Positions 19,290-29,587 of a DNA stretch of 64,000 nt are shown one piece after another. The DNA lies in IMG/VR virus record IMGVR_UViG_3300035698_031678, positions 1 through 64,000 of that record. One strand, given 5' to 3'. Numbering within the stretch: the stretch's first letter is position 1; each line of letters opens with the position of its first letter. Both the position numbers and the translations under genes were made by a program. Below the pieces are notes generated by a model, which ran no database searches, had not been told where the DNA came from, and saw nothing but the letters and a program-made list of their open reading frames with translations. The stretch comes from a virus.

Positions 19290-21870
19290 TTATTTCTATT
19301 TCTGTGAAAAGACCTTTTTCCGTTAGTTCTAATGTTCTATCTATTGCTGTAGCTGCAACGTAAGTATGACTACTAACGTAAACGGACATATTTAGTTTCC
19401 CCATTAGTTCTTCTTGTATTAATCCGATAATTACATGTTTGTTGTTGTTACTTAGTGTAGAAAGCATTTCATCTAAGTATATGTAACTAATGTCAGGGTA
19501 ACTTTGGTAGTAGTAATTTACTAGCCCTATAATAGAAAGAAGTTCTAATATTTTTCTTTGACCAGTACTGGTTTGTTCGTACAGTATTGGTTCACCATCT
19601 TTGAACAAATGGCTTTTAAAATCACTATCAAACTCTACACGCACTCTTATAGAATGTTTTGTTACAATTTTAGCTATCAGATTGTTTATACCTTCTACAA
19701 CTTTGCTTAAAAGATGATTCTTCAAGTACCCATTATTGTATAGGTGTCTTAGAACTTCAAAGTTGTTATATTCCTTTAAAGAAAGATTTCTTTCGTTAAT
19801 CTTTTCAACTAGCTGGAGTTTTTTAGATTCTAGCTGCTGTGCTAGAGAAGATTTTTTAGAAGGAGCTTCTAGATTACTCAATGTAGTGCTTTCTTTTAAC
19901 AATTTCTCTTTATATTCAATAAGCCTAATAGAAGCAGAATCTACTGCATCAGTTTTAAGAGTTAATAGTTTTTGCAAGTCTTCAAGGCTTTCAGAAGGCT
20001 TAGAATTAATAGAGAAATCGTATCCTGAAATCAAAGAATCAATAACACCAATCCTAACTAGCTTTTGGGATTTCGATAATTCTTTTACTTGCAAAACCTC
20101 TTGACACTGTTTCAACAATTCTTTTACTTGCGAAAGAATAATCTCATAGTTCACTACTTTATAAGTGGTTAAATTTATGCCAAACTTTTCTTGAGCTTCA
20201 TCCAGGCTATTATAAACTTTAATATTCAGTTGTTCTATCTTATTTTCTATTGTAGCAACGTCTTTATTTAAGACTTCTAAGGCTATTTTTTCAAGTATTA
20301 GTTTATTTTTGTTATTTGAGTTTTTGTCTGATGTAGTTACATTAAAATTCCTGTAATTGTCAATATCGTCTTCTACCAAAGTATTGAAGGCTATATTCTC
20401 TTCTTTTATTCCATGAGGATTAGCCTTAGATGTTGTTTTTATAGAATTTACACACTCGGCTATTTTGGCTTTAATCGATTCTAAATCTATCAAAGAAGAT
20501 TCTTTATAGTTATCCGCAATATCTTTAAGTGATTCTTTGTGTAGCTCAACAGCAGTATCGATTTCTTTATTTAGAGACTTTCTTATGCCATCGTATTCCG
20601 CACTATCAAAATCCACTCCACATATTACGCAATTGTCTTTAGAATAAGCCTCCAATTTTATCCTCATCTTTTCTATGTCTGAAACGATAGAGTCTCTTAT
20701 TTGGGTTAAACTAACGTTAAACAGAGAAAGCTCTTCTTTTTTAGTAGTCAGATTTTTATGTTCTGTACTATATTCAAACATTGATGCTTTGGTAGAAATA
20801 ACAAAACGAAGTCTTTCAATGAATTCATCATGTTTTTCCTTAGCATCTATTTCCTCTGTCAAGTACTCAACAGATTTATCACAAACACTAAAGCTGGTTT
20901 TCTTAAACGCTAAATGATCTCTTTGGTCTTTCCTTTGTTCTACTGCTTCGTCAAATACTCTTTTAAATTCTTTTGCCTGGTAAGAACTGACAACATCAAT
21001 AAGACCTTTTTCTCTGTCTTTCTCTGATAATATTTCAGTTGCTAAACAATCTACCTCTGAATTTAAACCTTTCTTTTCTTCTCTTAAATTGTTTTTGCCA
21101 AGACTTTCTAACTTATCTTTGATTCTAGCAGAATCTGTTTCTAAATTTTCTATTTCTCTATCCAGAACTTTTGTATTGCTGTTGTAAGAATCTATTAGTT
21201 CTTTAGCATCTTTTATATTCTGTTCTTTTTCTATCTTGTTCTCTGTATTTTCTTTTGAAAGAGAAATTTTTAGTTCACTAACTATGGTTTCGTAGGTTTC
21301 TAGAACGGTTATGCTTTTATCATACCTCTTATTAGATAAACTTTGATCATCAGAAACCATTTTGGAAACTCTATTTAAGTCACTCAAGTCAAAAACATGG
21401 TTGGTTATATCTCTACCTTCTTTAGCAGACATTTGTAAAAGTGTAGAAGAACCATCTATGGCTGCACAAAATATAGAAGAAAAAATTTTTTCTGGTATAT
21501 CAACAATGTTTGTAGCTATTTCTTCTTTTGTTTTGGTAACACTACCATAATCTTCTACTTTACCATTTTTCTTTACAGTAACTTTCTTTAAAGCGGTTTT
21601 TGTAAATTCATAAGTTATCTCAAACTGGTGACCTTTACTGGCTATTTCGTGCGTTACAAAACCAGACTTTGAAGTATCGTTTACAACTTTAGCGAGAACA
21701 GATGGGTAATTACTATACAAGGTAAGTTCTATAATTTTCCTTATATTACTTTTGCCAACACCATTTTCACCATTAATTTGTGTTAATATACCTCTATCGT
21801 GTGTAATAGTATAAGTTTTATCTCCACCAAAAGATAAAATATTTTTAAAAGTGGTTTTTTTGATTTCCAT
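19282..21870 (-). CDS. SbcC/Rad50-like recombination ATPase (T4 gp46-like)
   Basis: FKNILSFG, GENGVGKS, long coiled coil with CVICG zinc hook, STGQ signature, IYLDE, SSH. Confidence 0.9.
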   Translation of the reverse strand: MEIKKTTFKNILSFGGDKTYTITHDRGILTQINGENGVGKSNIRKIIELTLYSNYPSVLAKVVNDTSKSGFVTHEIASKGHQFEITYEFTKTALKKVTVKKNGKVEDYGSVTKTKEEIATNIVDIPEKIFSSIFCAAIDGSSTLLQMSAKEGRDITNHVFDLSDLNRVSKMVSDDQSLSNKRYDKSITVLETYETIVSELKISLSKENTENKIEKEQNIKDAKELIDSYNSNTKVLDREIENLETDSARIKDKLESLGKNNLREEKKGLNSEVDCLATEILSEKDREKGLIDVVSSYQAKEFKRVFDEAVEQRKDQRDHLAFKKTSFSVCDKSVEYLTEEIDAKEKHDEFIERLRFVISTKASMFEYSTEHKNLTTKKEELSLFNVSLTQIRDSIVSDIEKMRIKLEAYSKDNCVICGVDFDSAEYDGIRKSLNKEIDTAVELHKESLKDIADNYKESSLIDLESIKAKIAECVNSIKTTSKANPHGIKEENIAFNTLVEDDIDNYRNFNVTTSDKNSNNKNKLILEKIALEVLNKDVATIENKIEQLNIKVYNSLDEAQEKFGINLTTYKVVNYEIILSQVKELLKQCQEVLQVKELSKSQKLVRIGVIDSLISGYDFSINSKPSESLEDLQKLLTLKTDAVDSASIRLIEYKEKLLKESTTLSNLEAPSKKSSLAQQLESKKLQLVEKINERNLSLKEYNNFEVLRHLYNNGYLKNHLLSKVVEGINNLIAKIVTKHSIRVRVEFDSDFKSHLFKDGEPILYEQTSTGQRKILELLSIIGLVNYYYQSYPDISYIYLDEMLSTLSNNNKHVIIGLIQEELMGKLNMSVYVSSHTYVAATAIDRTLELTEKGLFTEIEING

Positions 21871-22943
21871 TATTGGTAGTATCTGTCTATTATTATTGAG
21901 GTTTCATTTATAATATCATCAGTGATTTTCACTCCATTAAGTATTTCTCCTTTATTACTATAGATCAATGACTTAGCGCTATCAGAAAAATCTTCATTTA
22001 TTGTTTGAAGTTCTTCACTTTCATCCAGGTTTACAATGTTCACAGTTCTTTTAGAAACTATCTCAGCTTTGAATTCTACTAAGCCCTTAGCTAGTTTGAA
22101 CTTGGTTGAAATAATTTCTTTGTCTTCAAATGTTTTACACCTTACTTTAACAAATTGGTTAGAATAATTCTTTTCTAGCCATTCAACACTTTTTCCTAAT
22201 AAGTCCTCTGGGTCTAAATAGTGGTATCTAGGTGTAGTGGTATTAATTAAAAAATCATGCTCTTTTTCAAGTACATTGTAAACAAAAATGCCAGTAGTAT
22301 TTTTCCTTTCACCATAATTATTTTGCTCTATAGAACCTGTATTTACAATGTTGCCTACTACACTTTTGTTATGAATATGACCATTAAAAACCTTAATAAA
22401 CTTTTCTAGGTGTGATTTTTTAAGTTCAACCACAGAATCATGACCTTTGTAAACGAAGCCATCTATTTCTCCATGCATGTAAAGATAAGTGTTTGGAGAA
22501 AATGCCTCTATTTTATCTATAAGCCTGGGATAATTGTAGTCATGCGCTAAAAAGTTGTGTATACCTAAAGTCAGAAAATCTTCTATCACTGTTACTTTTT
22601 TTCTACCTGTAAAGTATTTTAAACCATGCTCTGAATTAGTGTGTAGAGATACTACATCATGGTTTCCCACTAGAATGTATGTGTGAGCAGCTAAATCAAC
22701 TATAACATTAAATACGTTTTCTGTAAATTTGCTTCCAATGTAGGTGCTGATATAAGATTCGTTATGCCAAATGTCTCCCATAAAAACTACTACACAATCT
22801 TCACCCATATCCTTAATCACAGGAATGACTTGTTCTGTGAAATATCTTTGTGTAAAAGAATAGGTGACTTTGTTTGCGTTGTTTTTGCAAAGGTGTACAT
22901 CACCTATTATGACAATGTTGTCTACAATACTGATTGGATGCAT
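21870..22943 (-). CDS. SbcD/Mre11-like nuclease (T4 gp47-like)
   Basis: GDVH, GDIW, GNHD, NGHIH, GS metallophosphoesterase motifs. Confidence 0.9.
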   Translation of the reverse strand: MHPISIVDNIVIIGDVHLCKNNANKVTYSFTQRYFTEQVIPVIKDMGEDCVVVFMGDIWHNESYISTYIGSKFTENVFNVIVDLAAHTYILVGNHDVVSLHTNSEHGLKYFTGRKKVTVIEDFLTLGIHNFLAHDYNYPRLIDKIEAFSPNTYLYMHGEIDGFVYKGHDSVVELKKSHLEKFIKVFNGHIHNKSVVGNIVNTGSIEQNNYGERKNTTGIFVYNVLEKEHDFLINTTTPRYHYLDPEDLLGKSVEWLEKNYSNQFVKVRCKTFEDKEIISTKFKLAKGLVEFKAEIVSKRTVNIVNLDESEELQTINEDFSDSAKSLIYSNKGEILNGVKITDDIINETSIIIDRYYQ

Positions 22944-22963
22944 TAATCGTTCTTTTAGATTTG

Positions 22964-23482
22964 TTAAATGGAAAATGTTGGAGATTTACTAAGGTTATAA
23001 TAATGAAAATTAATATCGCATATTTCTGAAAACTCCTCTTGAACTAGTATTGCATGATCAATGGAAGAACTGTTATGGAAAGAATAATTTTTATAACATT
23101 TCTTCAAAATCTTTTTAGCAGATTTGTTGGCGCAATGTATTTTGGGTGTTTTTCCTTCAAATCCTACTACAGCAAAAAAGTGAGGAGATAATATTAGAAC
23201 TCTAGGATTGAACCTATCGGTATCGTATATGCCCATTATTCCACATCCATCACTATCTACAACTTTACTGGAAAAATTTATAGAAAAATCTAGTATCAAT
23301 ATGGGCAATAAAAAAAGAATTTTTGTCATGTGAGTCTCTTGGTTTATCAAAACCATAAGTATAGAAAAATAGGATAGTAATAAAAGTGATTTAAATACCA
23401 GACTGCTTTTAAGGTTTTCAAAAGAAAAACATAACACCCTTAAAACAAGAGCGATTGACGTAGCTAATAATATTGTGTGCAT
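22964..23482 (-). CDS. Putative membrane protein
   Basis: Three hydrophobic N-terminal segments. Confidence 0.55.
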   Translation of the reverse strand: MHTILLATSIALVLRVLCFSFENLKSSLVFKSLLLLSYFSILMVLINQETHMTKILFLLPILILDFSINFSSKVVDSDGCGIMGIYDTDRFNPRVLILSPHFFAVVGFEGKTPKIHCANKSAKKILKKCYKNYSFHNSSSIDHAILVQEEFSEICDINFHYYNLSKSPTFSI

Positions 23483-23556
23483 GATTTTATAATTTAGTTT
23501 TATAAATGGGCTTTAGTTAATTAGGTTTCCAATTAACGGAAAGAAAATCCACTTGA

Positions 23557-23596
23557 TTTCTGACGAAGAACAAACCCCTATTAAGGAAAGATAATA
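23557..23596 (+). repeat. 40-bp non-coding element, copy 1 (exact inverted copy at 63059-63098)
   Basis: TTTCTGACGAAGAACAAACCCCTATTAAGGAAAGATAATA matches the reverse complement of 63059-63098. Confidence 0.95.
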
Positions 23597-23969
23597 ATAA
23601 CATAATAATCCCGATCATACTTCTCTACATTACTTTTAACCACAATTTATAGAACCCAATCATAACAAACCTTTTTTCGGTTTTCATATTTAACCCTTTT
23701 CAAAAGAATATATCTTTTTTACACCGTTTTACTTCATATTATTACCATATTTTTCAACACAAATTTAACAAAAGAATATGCCCTTTTTATAAGAAAAATA
23801 TAAATTTAACAATTTTCCTAACCACCAGTTCTACAATATTTAACATTTTGACATCTGGTTTTAACAAAAGGCTATATGGATAAACTTTTCCTTTACTTTC
23901 AATACTTTATAAACATTAGAATTCGATATATAATATGAAACACAATCACACTATAAGCATTTAGATTAA

Positions 23970-25468
23970 GTGAAAATTAGCTACAACATCCACCTGTATT
24001 CAAATTACATCCAACCATCTGAAAGGAACGGTTCGGATGAGGTAATGATCAATAGTGCTTACATATTTTCACGCTGTTTAAAGTCTTTTTATTTTCAAAA
24101 CACAATTCACAATTTTAAGTCTCCTAAGAAAAGGAGTATGATATGTTCTAAGCTCAAAATAAGTGAAAGAAATTATTACAGGTTTTTAAAATCTGCCTTA
24201 GAAAACGGTTTTGTATCTATAAATCCAGAAAATAAAAAATCTTAAGAATTGTTGGTGATGAAAAAATAATAAAAGGCTTTGTCACAGAAGAGAAAGAATT
24301 ATTGTATTTCCCTTACTGGAAGAAAGTGTCTTTAAACTTCAAAAATCTTTTATTCAAAGATTTTAAAGATGTATTAACTCTAGCCTCCATAAAGTATCTA
24401 AGGCAAAACAAAAGATTGTTTGCAGCTAAGAGCAGAAAAAAACACATAAAATTAAAGAATCAAAAGAAAGAACTATACCTCAATTATCTACAACAAGGTA
24501 GTACAAATATAGCTCTACAATTTGAGGAACTAAATTCAGCCTTAAGACATCATGTAGGGTTGCCAATAGAAAATGAAATTAGAAAATTAATATGGAACGA
24601 TAATTCCAGCGCAAATAGTACCAGACCGAATATTAGGAATCAAGAGATAGAAAGTTACTGGATTAGTAACGAGAAAGTCAACAAGATCAAAAACAGTGGT
24701 ATTATTAGTGCTTGCGATTATTATTCAACCATATTTCTGAAGGAACTTTACAATGACGAGTTGAGTTCTGGTTATATTGCAAAAAATGTCGGTTACAAAA
24801 AGAGTGGTGTGAATTCACTATTTGATAGAATGCAAGATAGGGGTTTTATTATAAGAAACCATAGGTATGTACACCTTGCTAGTATACCTTTTAAAAAGTA
24901 TGAAAGCTTTAGAAAAGGTGGTATGTACTCACATCTATTTGAAGAAGATGGTAATGACCTTGCTAGAAGAGTGATTTATAGACATGGTTGTGTATTGTTA
25001 CAAAGAGAAAACGATATAGTTTTTGACGACTCCATAAAATTTATGTGGGAAGAAGAAAGAACTATTGGTTTAGTAGGTAAAGACCCTATTGGATACATTT
25101 CTCCTAGATATTCAGCTATAGCTAGTAAGTTAAAGATGCGAGGATACAAAACCACTAAAGAACTTCTAGAGCTTAAAAAACTGTCCGAAAACATATTGGA
25201 AGGTTTGGATATCAAAGAAAATGAATACACCAGTGGTTTAATAATAAGTACAAATGGAGACAAAAAAACTTTAGTTGGTAAAATTAATAAAGTACCTAAT
25301 CCACAGAATATCAGTAATAAAGATTTGAAAAAGAAACTTATGGGTGGAGGATACGTCTCAAATGGAGATACGTACCATTATTTAAATAGATACTGTAAGA
25401 ACAATAATCTTAATCTCAAACAAAATGAAAGCAGAAACTATCCAGGAATACTTGACTCTGCAGCCTAA
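23970..25468 (+). pseudogene. Double winged-HTH DNA-binding protein (possible replication initiator) split by a -1 frameshift at the A6 run 24234-24239
   Basis: ORF 23970-24245 (HTH: ICSKLKISERNYYRFLKSALENGFV) continues in the -1 frame, open from 24236 (KILRIVGDEK...) into ORF 24302-25468 (HTH: IAKNVGYKKSGVNSLFDRMQDRGFI). Confidence 0.65.
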
Positions 25469-26972
25469 TGAAGTTAAAAATTTCTCATTTGATTCTAGCA
25501 ACATTGAGATATATGAGGTTAACATAGAAAATAAAACAATAATTTCTTCTTTCTCATATGAAGACCAATATGGAAATTGGGCTAAATCAAAGCCAATAGA
25601 TTTATTTGAAGCTGTAATGGTTTCAAAACGTTTTAAATTGATATTTTCTAACGATAGCGAAGAAGAGGTAAAATTCAGCTATACTATTGAGACAATAAAA
25701 GCAAATGATAAAATAGTACTGAACAGTTCTTACATTGGTCTAGGTGATTCAATGAATTTTATACTAGACTTTGGTACTTCTTTTACAGCCACAGAAATAC
25801 AACAAAATTATCAAGTAAACGTAAATTCTCCAATAGAAGTAGAATACACTAAGGTAACTCCTAAGATGGATTCTGCAGATCACATACTGGGTGAATTTTC
25901 AGAATCAAAAATATACAAGGAGTGTAAAATAAGGATGGTAACTCCAAACAATGAAGTTCCTTTAGATGAAAGTGCTGAATACACAGAATGGGGTTATCAG
26001 TTTAGTAGTTTCGAAGGTTTTTTTAGTAGCGTTTATTTTGAGTCTAAATTTGGTAAAGGCATTATACCGCAACAAAAAGATTATCTAAAGTTTAGTACAA
26101 ATGATAGAATGTTTAGAGTAAATTCTGTTACTATTTTAGAAGGAGTAAATTCATCAATCTATGGCTACAAGATCTCTCTAAAACCATACGACGTAGACAC
26201 TAGCATAGAAGGCATAGATTTAGAAACCAAAACCAAAGAGTCGGTTTATTTTGATTTAGAACAAGGTAACAAAGATAGTGTTCTAGACCCACAACAAAAT
26301 TATTCAGCTCACGTGCATCAAGATATAACTAGACTTATAGTATCAGACAGGGTTAGAATCATGGAAGAAGATGATTTTAATTACTATGATCAAGATGTAG
26401 AAAGTGTTGATCCTTCTATAGTTTACGCTAACGACATAGATTTAGTTGGTAAGAGCTTTTCAATATCTTTTTCCGCTTTTATATCTTCTTCTATAGAAAG
26501 TAAAGTAAATATTTGTTCTTTAGGTTCTTTAGAGATATACGTGGAAAATTCAACTCTTATAGTTTCTGTTGGTGATAATATAAATGCTATAAATTTTGAC
26601 TTGCTTAATTTAGAAAGTTGGAATGATATAGTTATTAACTATTATTTCAAAGAAAGAGATCTACACATTTTCATAGTAGATGATGGTTCCGTAACTCATA
26701 AAACGGTCTTGAACGGTGTTATGCCAGTTATAGCCCCTTCTGTGTTTTACATAATTGATTGTAGACACCCAATAAGAAAAATTAGAGTCTGGAAAAAAAC
26801 TATTCCAGAAGAGTACATGAGGAGAGTAATTCAATCTGAATTGGTTGAAAAACCCGAAATTGCTTACATAATTGATAATTGTAATAATATAATCAATAGT
26901 AGAACTCATTCAAGAACTAACGAAGTTTTAATGAGATATAAGAGTTCTCTAGAAACACATAGACTTAAATGA
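25425..26972 (+). CDS. Neck/head-closure protein (gp14-like) with C-terminal LamG-like domain
   Basis: DHILGEF...FESKFGKGIIPQQKDYL...RMFRV matches the gp14 pattern; C-terminal FSISF...WNDIVI...IRVWKK is LamG-like. Confidence 0.55.
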   Translation: MKAETIQEYLTLQPNEVKNFSFDSSNIEIYEVNIENKTIISSFSYEDQYGNWAKSKPIDLFEAVMVSKRFKLIFSNDSEEEVKFSYTIETIKANDKIVLNSSYIGLGDSMNFILDFGTSFTATEIQQNYQVNVNSPIEVEYTKVTPKMDSADHILGEFSESKIYKECKIRMVTPNNEVPLDESAEYTEWGYQFSSFEGFFSSVYFESKFGKGIIPQQKDYLKFSTNDRMFRVNSVTILEGVNSSIYGYKISLKPYDVDTSIEGIDLETKTKESVYFDLEQGNKDSVLDPQQNYSAHVHQDITRLIVSDRVRIMEEDDFNYYDQDVESVDPSIVYANDIDLVGKSFSISFSAFISSSIESKVNICSLGSLEIYVENSTLIVSVGDNINAINFDLLNLESWNDIVINYYFKERDLHIFIVDDGSVTHKTVLNGVMPVIAPSVFYIIDCRHPIRKIRVWKKTIPEEYMRRVIQSELVEKPEIAYIIDNCNNIINSRTHSRTNEVLMRYKSSLETHRLK

Positions 26973-27439
26973 TAAATTTATATCACTTTAACCTTTACTC
27001 TCAATATAGAAATGCTAGATATGCTAAGATAACTCTTAGGAATATTTGTAAAGAAAAGAGCGTACAGGATGTATACTATCATAGTGACGAATTTGAAAAA
27101 AGAATTCCTAATCCTAAAATGGTCGGCTTTGGTTCAATGAAACTTAGTTTACTAATACCTGATGGGGTTTCTACTGAAGAAGAACTAAATTTTTATATAG
27201 CAGATCACTCCAAGTTTATAACAGAAATGCTTGTTAATTTAGACCTCTATGGTATAATTAAAGTTAATAAAACAATCTATGCCGAAAAATACCTAGATGA
27301 TGATAAAAATCCAATAATAGATGGTGTAGTTAACTTTAAATATATACCAAAATACGGTAAATTTTACTTCACTCTGTCAATGTATTGCGTTGCAATTTTT
27401 TCCCTACTAACACTTTTGAAATATGTCTTTTACTGGTAG
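26969..27439 (+). CDS. Hypothetical protein with C-terminal transmembrane segment
   Basis: 156 aa; hydrophobic C-terminus. Confidence 0.55.
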   Translation: MINLYHFNLYSQYRNARYAKITLRNICKEKSVQDVYYHSDEFEKRIPNPKMVGFGSMKLSLLIPDGVSTEEELNFYIADHSKFITEMLVNLDLYGIIKVNKTIYAEKYLDDDKNPIIDGVVNFKYIPKYGKFYFTLSMYCVAIFSLLTLLKYVFYW

Positions 27440-28157
27440 TGCATGCAATCCTATTGATGAAACTATACTTTGGTTTTGTGATGGTTTAGGAATTAAGGAT
27501 AAAAACATATCTTTAAAATTAGAGCAATTACAAATTGATACAGAAAATATAAATAAGACTTATTATTCTGTAATACCAGGTGAAACATTGGTAATTAAGG
27601 CTAAAGGACTAATTGCAAACGTCTCTGGTGGAAATCTTAGTAAACTTGTGACTTCTAGCGCTAAAATGGCTATGAAAGTTGAGCTAGGTTACGAACAAAG
27701 CTTAAATGGTGATATAGCCACTTTCAAGTACTCTCTAAAATTTTCTGATGGATTATATTCTCCTACTTGGAATAACAACTTGTTTTCTGATTACTCTGAA
27801 GATTATTACATTGAAGACCGCACTTCCGCTCACTCTGGAACTATAGTAAATGATATTAACGATGACAAAGTTCAAAATGTTAAATTCACATATGCTGGCT
27901 ATGAGTTTAGCGTAAATGTTAACATAGTCGGAACAACCTTAGGAATAGGTGAAGTAATTTCCAACTCATCTCTATCTCCAAATTCTACAAACATTGAGTC
28001 TAGCCTCATAACCTATCTAGGTTACAAAGCGCTATTAAAATACTCTAACATTACTAGTCTGTTTTCACATATAGATGAAAGTCTATTCAAACATACTTTT
28101 AAAAACAATTCTCTTTCAGTTGTTGTTTTAGATTGTTTAGAATTTGATCTTAAATAA
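27423..28157 (+). CDS. Hypothetical (possibly virion) protein
   Basis: 244 aa, beta-rich ORF. Confidence 0.55.
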   Translation: MSFTGSACNPIDETILWFCDGLGIKDKNISLKLEQLQIDTENINKTYYSVIPGETLVIKAKGLIANVSGGNLSKLVTSSAKMAMKVELGYEQSLNGDIATFKYSLKFSDGLYSPTWNNNLFSDYSEDYYIEDRTSAHSGTIVNDINDDKVQNVKFTYAGYEFSVNVNIVGTTLGIGEVISNSSLSPNSTNIESSLITYLGYKALLKYSNITSLFSHIDESLFKHTFKNNSLSVVVLDCLEFDLK

Positions 28158-28228
28158 ATTTACTACTTGTAATTTAGTATAAGAAACTTTATTATTCTCA
28201 TAAAATTTCTAAGATTAAACATACTAAA

Positions 28229-29587
28229 ATGATAAAAAAGAATAAATTAAACTTCTTACTAGATGGTTGCGCTGGTTCTTCAGGCAAAGGTAAAATGGCT
28301 GCTTTTCTTGTTAAAAATAATAAGATAGATTACCTGGTAACTTCTAATACTGCCAATGCTTCTCACACTGTTGTAGAAAAAGGTAAAGAATATGTTTTTA
28401 AGGTACTTCCTAGTGGGGTTTTATATCACGAGAAAATAGAAAAAGTCTTTATTGCAGATGGTGCTGGATTTGTTGTTGCAGACCTTTTTAAGGAAATTGA
28501 AATGACTGGTATTCCTTTGGAAAAAATCTTCATATCACCAAGGGCAGCAATTATTACCCAAATAGACAAAGATTACGAAAACGGTCTTTGTGATTTACAA
28601 GGTGAATATTTTGAGACCCGACAAGATGGAACTCTTAGAACTGGAACTACTGCTAGTGGTTCTGGCGCTGTTCTTGCTAAAAAAGTACTAAGAATAAAAA
28701 ATCTTGTAACTGCTGGAGATTTGGAAGAACTCAAACCGTTTATAACGGATGTGGGTACTGAAATAATGAAAATAAATGGTAAAAAGACAGGTCTTTTTGA
28801 AATAGGGCAAGGTTACCCACTTTCTAACAACCATCCAATGTTTGCCCCATTTACTACTAGTAGAAATGTTACTGTGGCTGCTGCTCTAAATGATGCCATG
28901 CTAAGCCCTAGTATAGTTGGTAATGTTTTTATTAATTTTAGGACTTTTCCTATTAAGATACACAATTACAAGTATCTAGCTACAGAAGATAAGGAATACT
29001 CTTACCCAGCCAGTAGCGCAGCTTGGGTAGAAAAAAACCATTGCCCTCACCACACCATTGTGAGTGATGGCGTAACAATCACTGTTAATATCTTCAAAGA
29101 CACCTTTCTTTCTTACTACGAAAAAGACTTTGTTTTAAACGAAAGAATAGATTCTCATAGTGGCGAATTTTACCCAGATCAAGAAGAAATCACATGGGAA
29201 GAATTGAACAGCAGAATAGGTGATCCAGAGCCACCTATATTAGAATGTACAACTCTTACAAAACTACCTAGAAGAGTTGCAGAGTTTTCAAAAGAGAACC
29301 TAATAGATGCAGTTGTTCACAATGTATCACCTTTTGACACTTTTGTTAGCGTAAATTTCGCTAATTATGTAGATCCTGTACTGGAAGATTGCCATGGATC
29401 TTACAAGTGGTCAAATTCAACAAAATTCAACGATTGGTTAGTTGAAAACATAGTTAAAGTTCAAATGACCTTATTAAAAGATTATGACATCTTATTTGGA
29501 ATTGCGCTTATAGGTACAGGAGCTGAAACTGATTCTACTATTACTGTAGATGAGTATTCTACCACTAACAATACTATTACTGGATAA
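28229..29587 (+). CDS. purZ: PurZ-like N6-succino-2-amino-dAMP synthetase (adenylosuccinate synthetase family)
   Basis: GSSGKGK (Ser at the PurA Asp13 position), NASHT, GTTASG, PFTTSR, RTFPIKI, SGEFYPDQEEI, TTLTKLPRR (Leu at PurA Arg303), NFANY (replacing PurA TKLD). Confidence 0.85.
   Translation: MIKKNKLNFLLDGCAGSSGKGKMAAFLVKNNKIDYLVTSNTANASHTVVEKGKEYVFKVLPSGVLYHEKIEKVFIADGAGFVVADLFKEIEMTGIPLEKIFISPRAAIITQIDKDYENGLCDLQGEYFETRQDGTLRTGTTASGSGAVLAKKVLRIKNLVTAGDLEELKPFITDVGTEIMKINGKKTGLFEIGQGYPLSNNHPMFAPFTTSRNVTVAAALNDAMLSPSIVGNVFINFRTFPIKIHNYKYLATEDKEYSYPASSAAWVEKNHCPHHTIVSDGVTITVNIFKDTFLSYYEKDFVLNERIDSHSGEFYPDQEEITWEELNSRIGDPEPPILECTTLTKLPRRVAEFSKENLIDAVVHNVSPFDTFVSVNFANYVDPVLEDCHGSYKWSNSTKFNDWLVENIVKVQMTLLKDYDILFGIALIGTGAETDSTITVDEYSTTNNTITG

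Noticed and set aside
23560-23600. Hammerhead ribozyme (CTGACGA...GAAA) in the repeated element
   Set aside because: The segment between the two core motifs cannot form stem II, and stems I/III are not evident
28170-28228. Purine riboswitch upstream of purZ (TATAA...TTTCTA...ACTA resemblance)
   Set aside because: No P3 stem and no GG/CC kissing loops; too short for the aptamer
28229-29587. Ordinary PurA auxiliary metabolic gene
   Set aside because: Lacks the PurA catalytic Asp (GDEGKG), the Arg303 equivalent and the TKLD guanine-specificity motif; all three positions are PurZ-type
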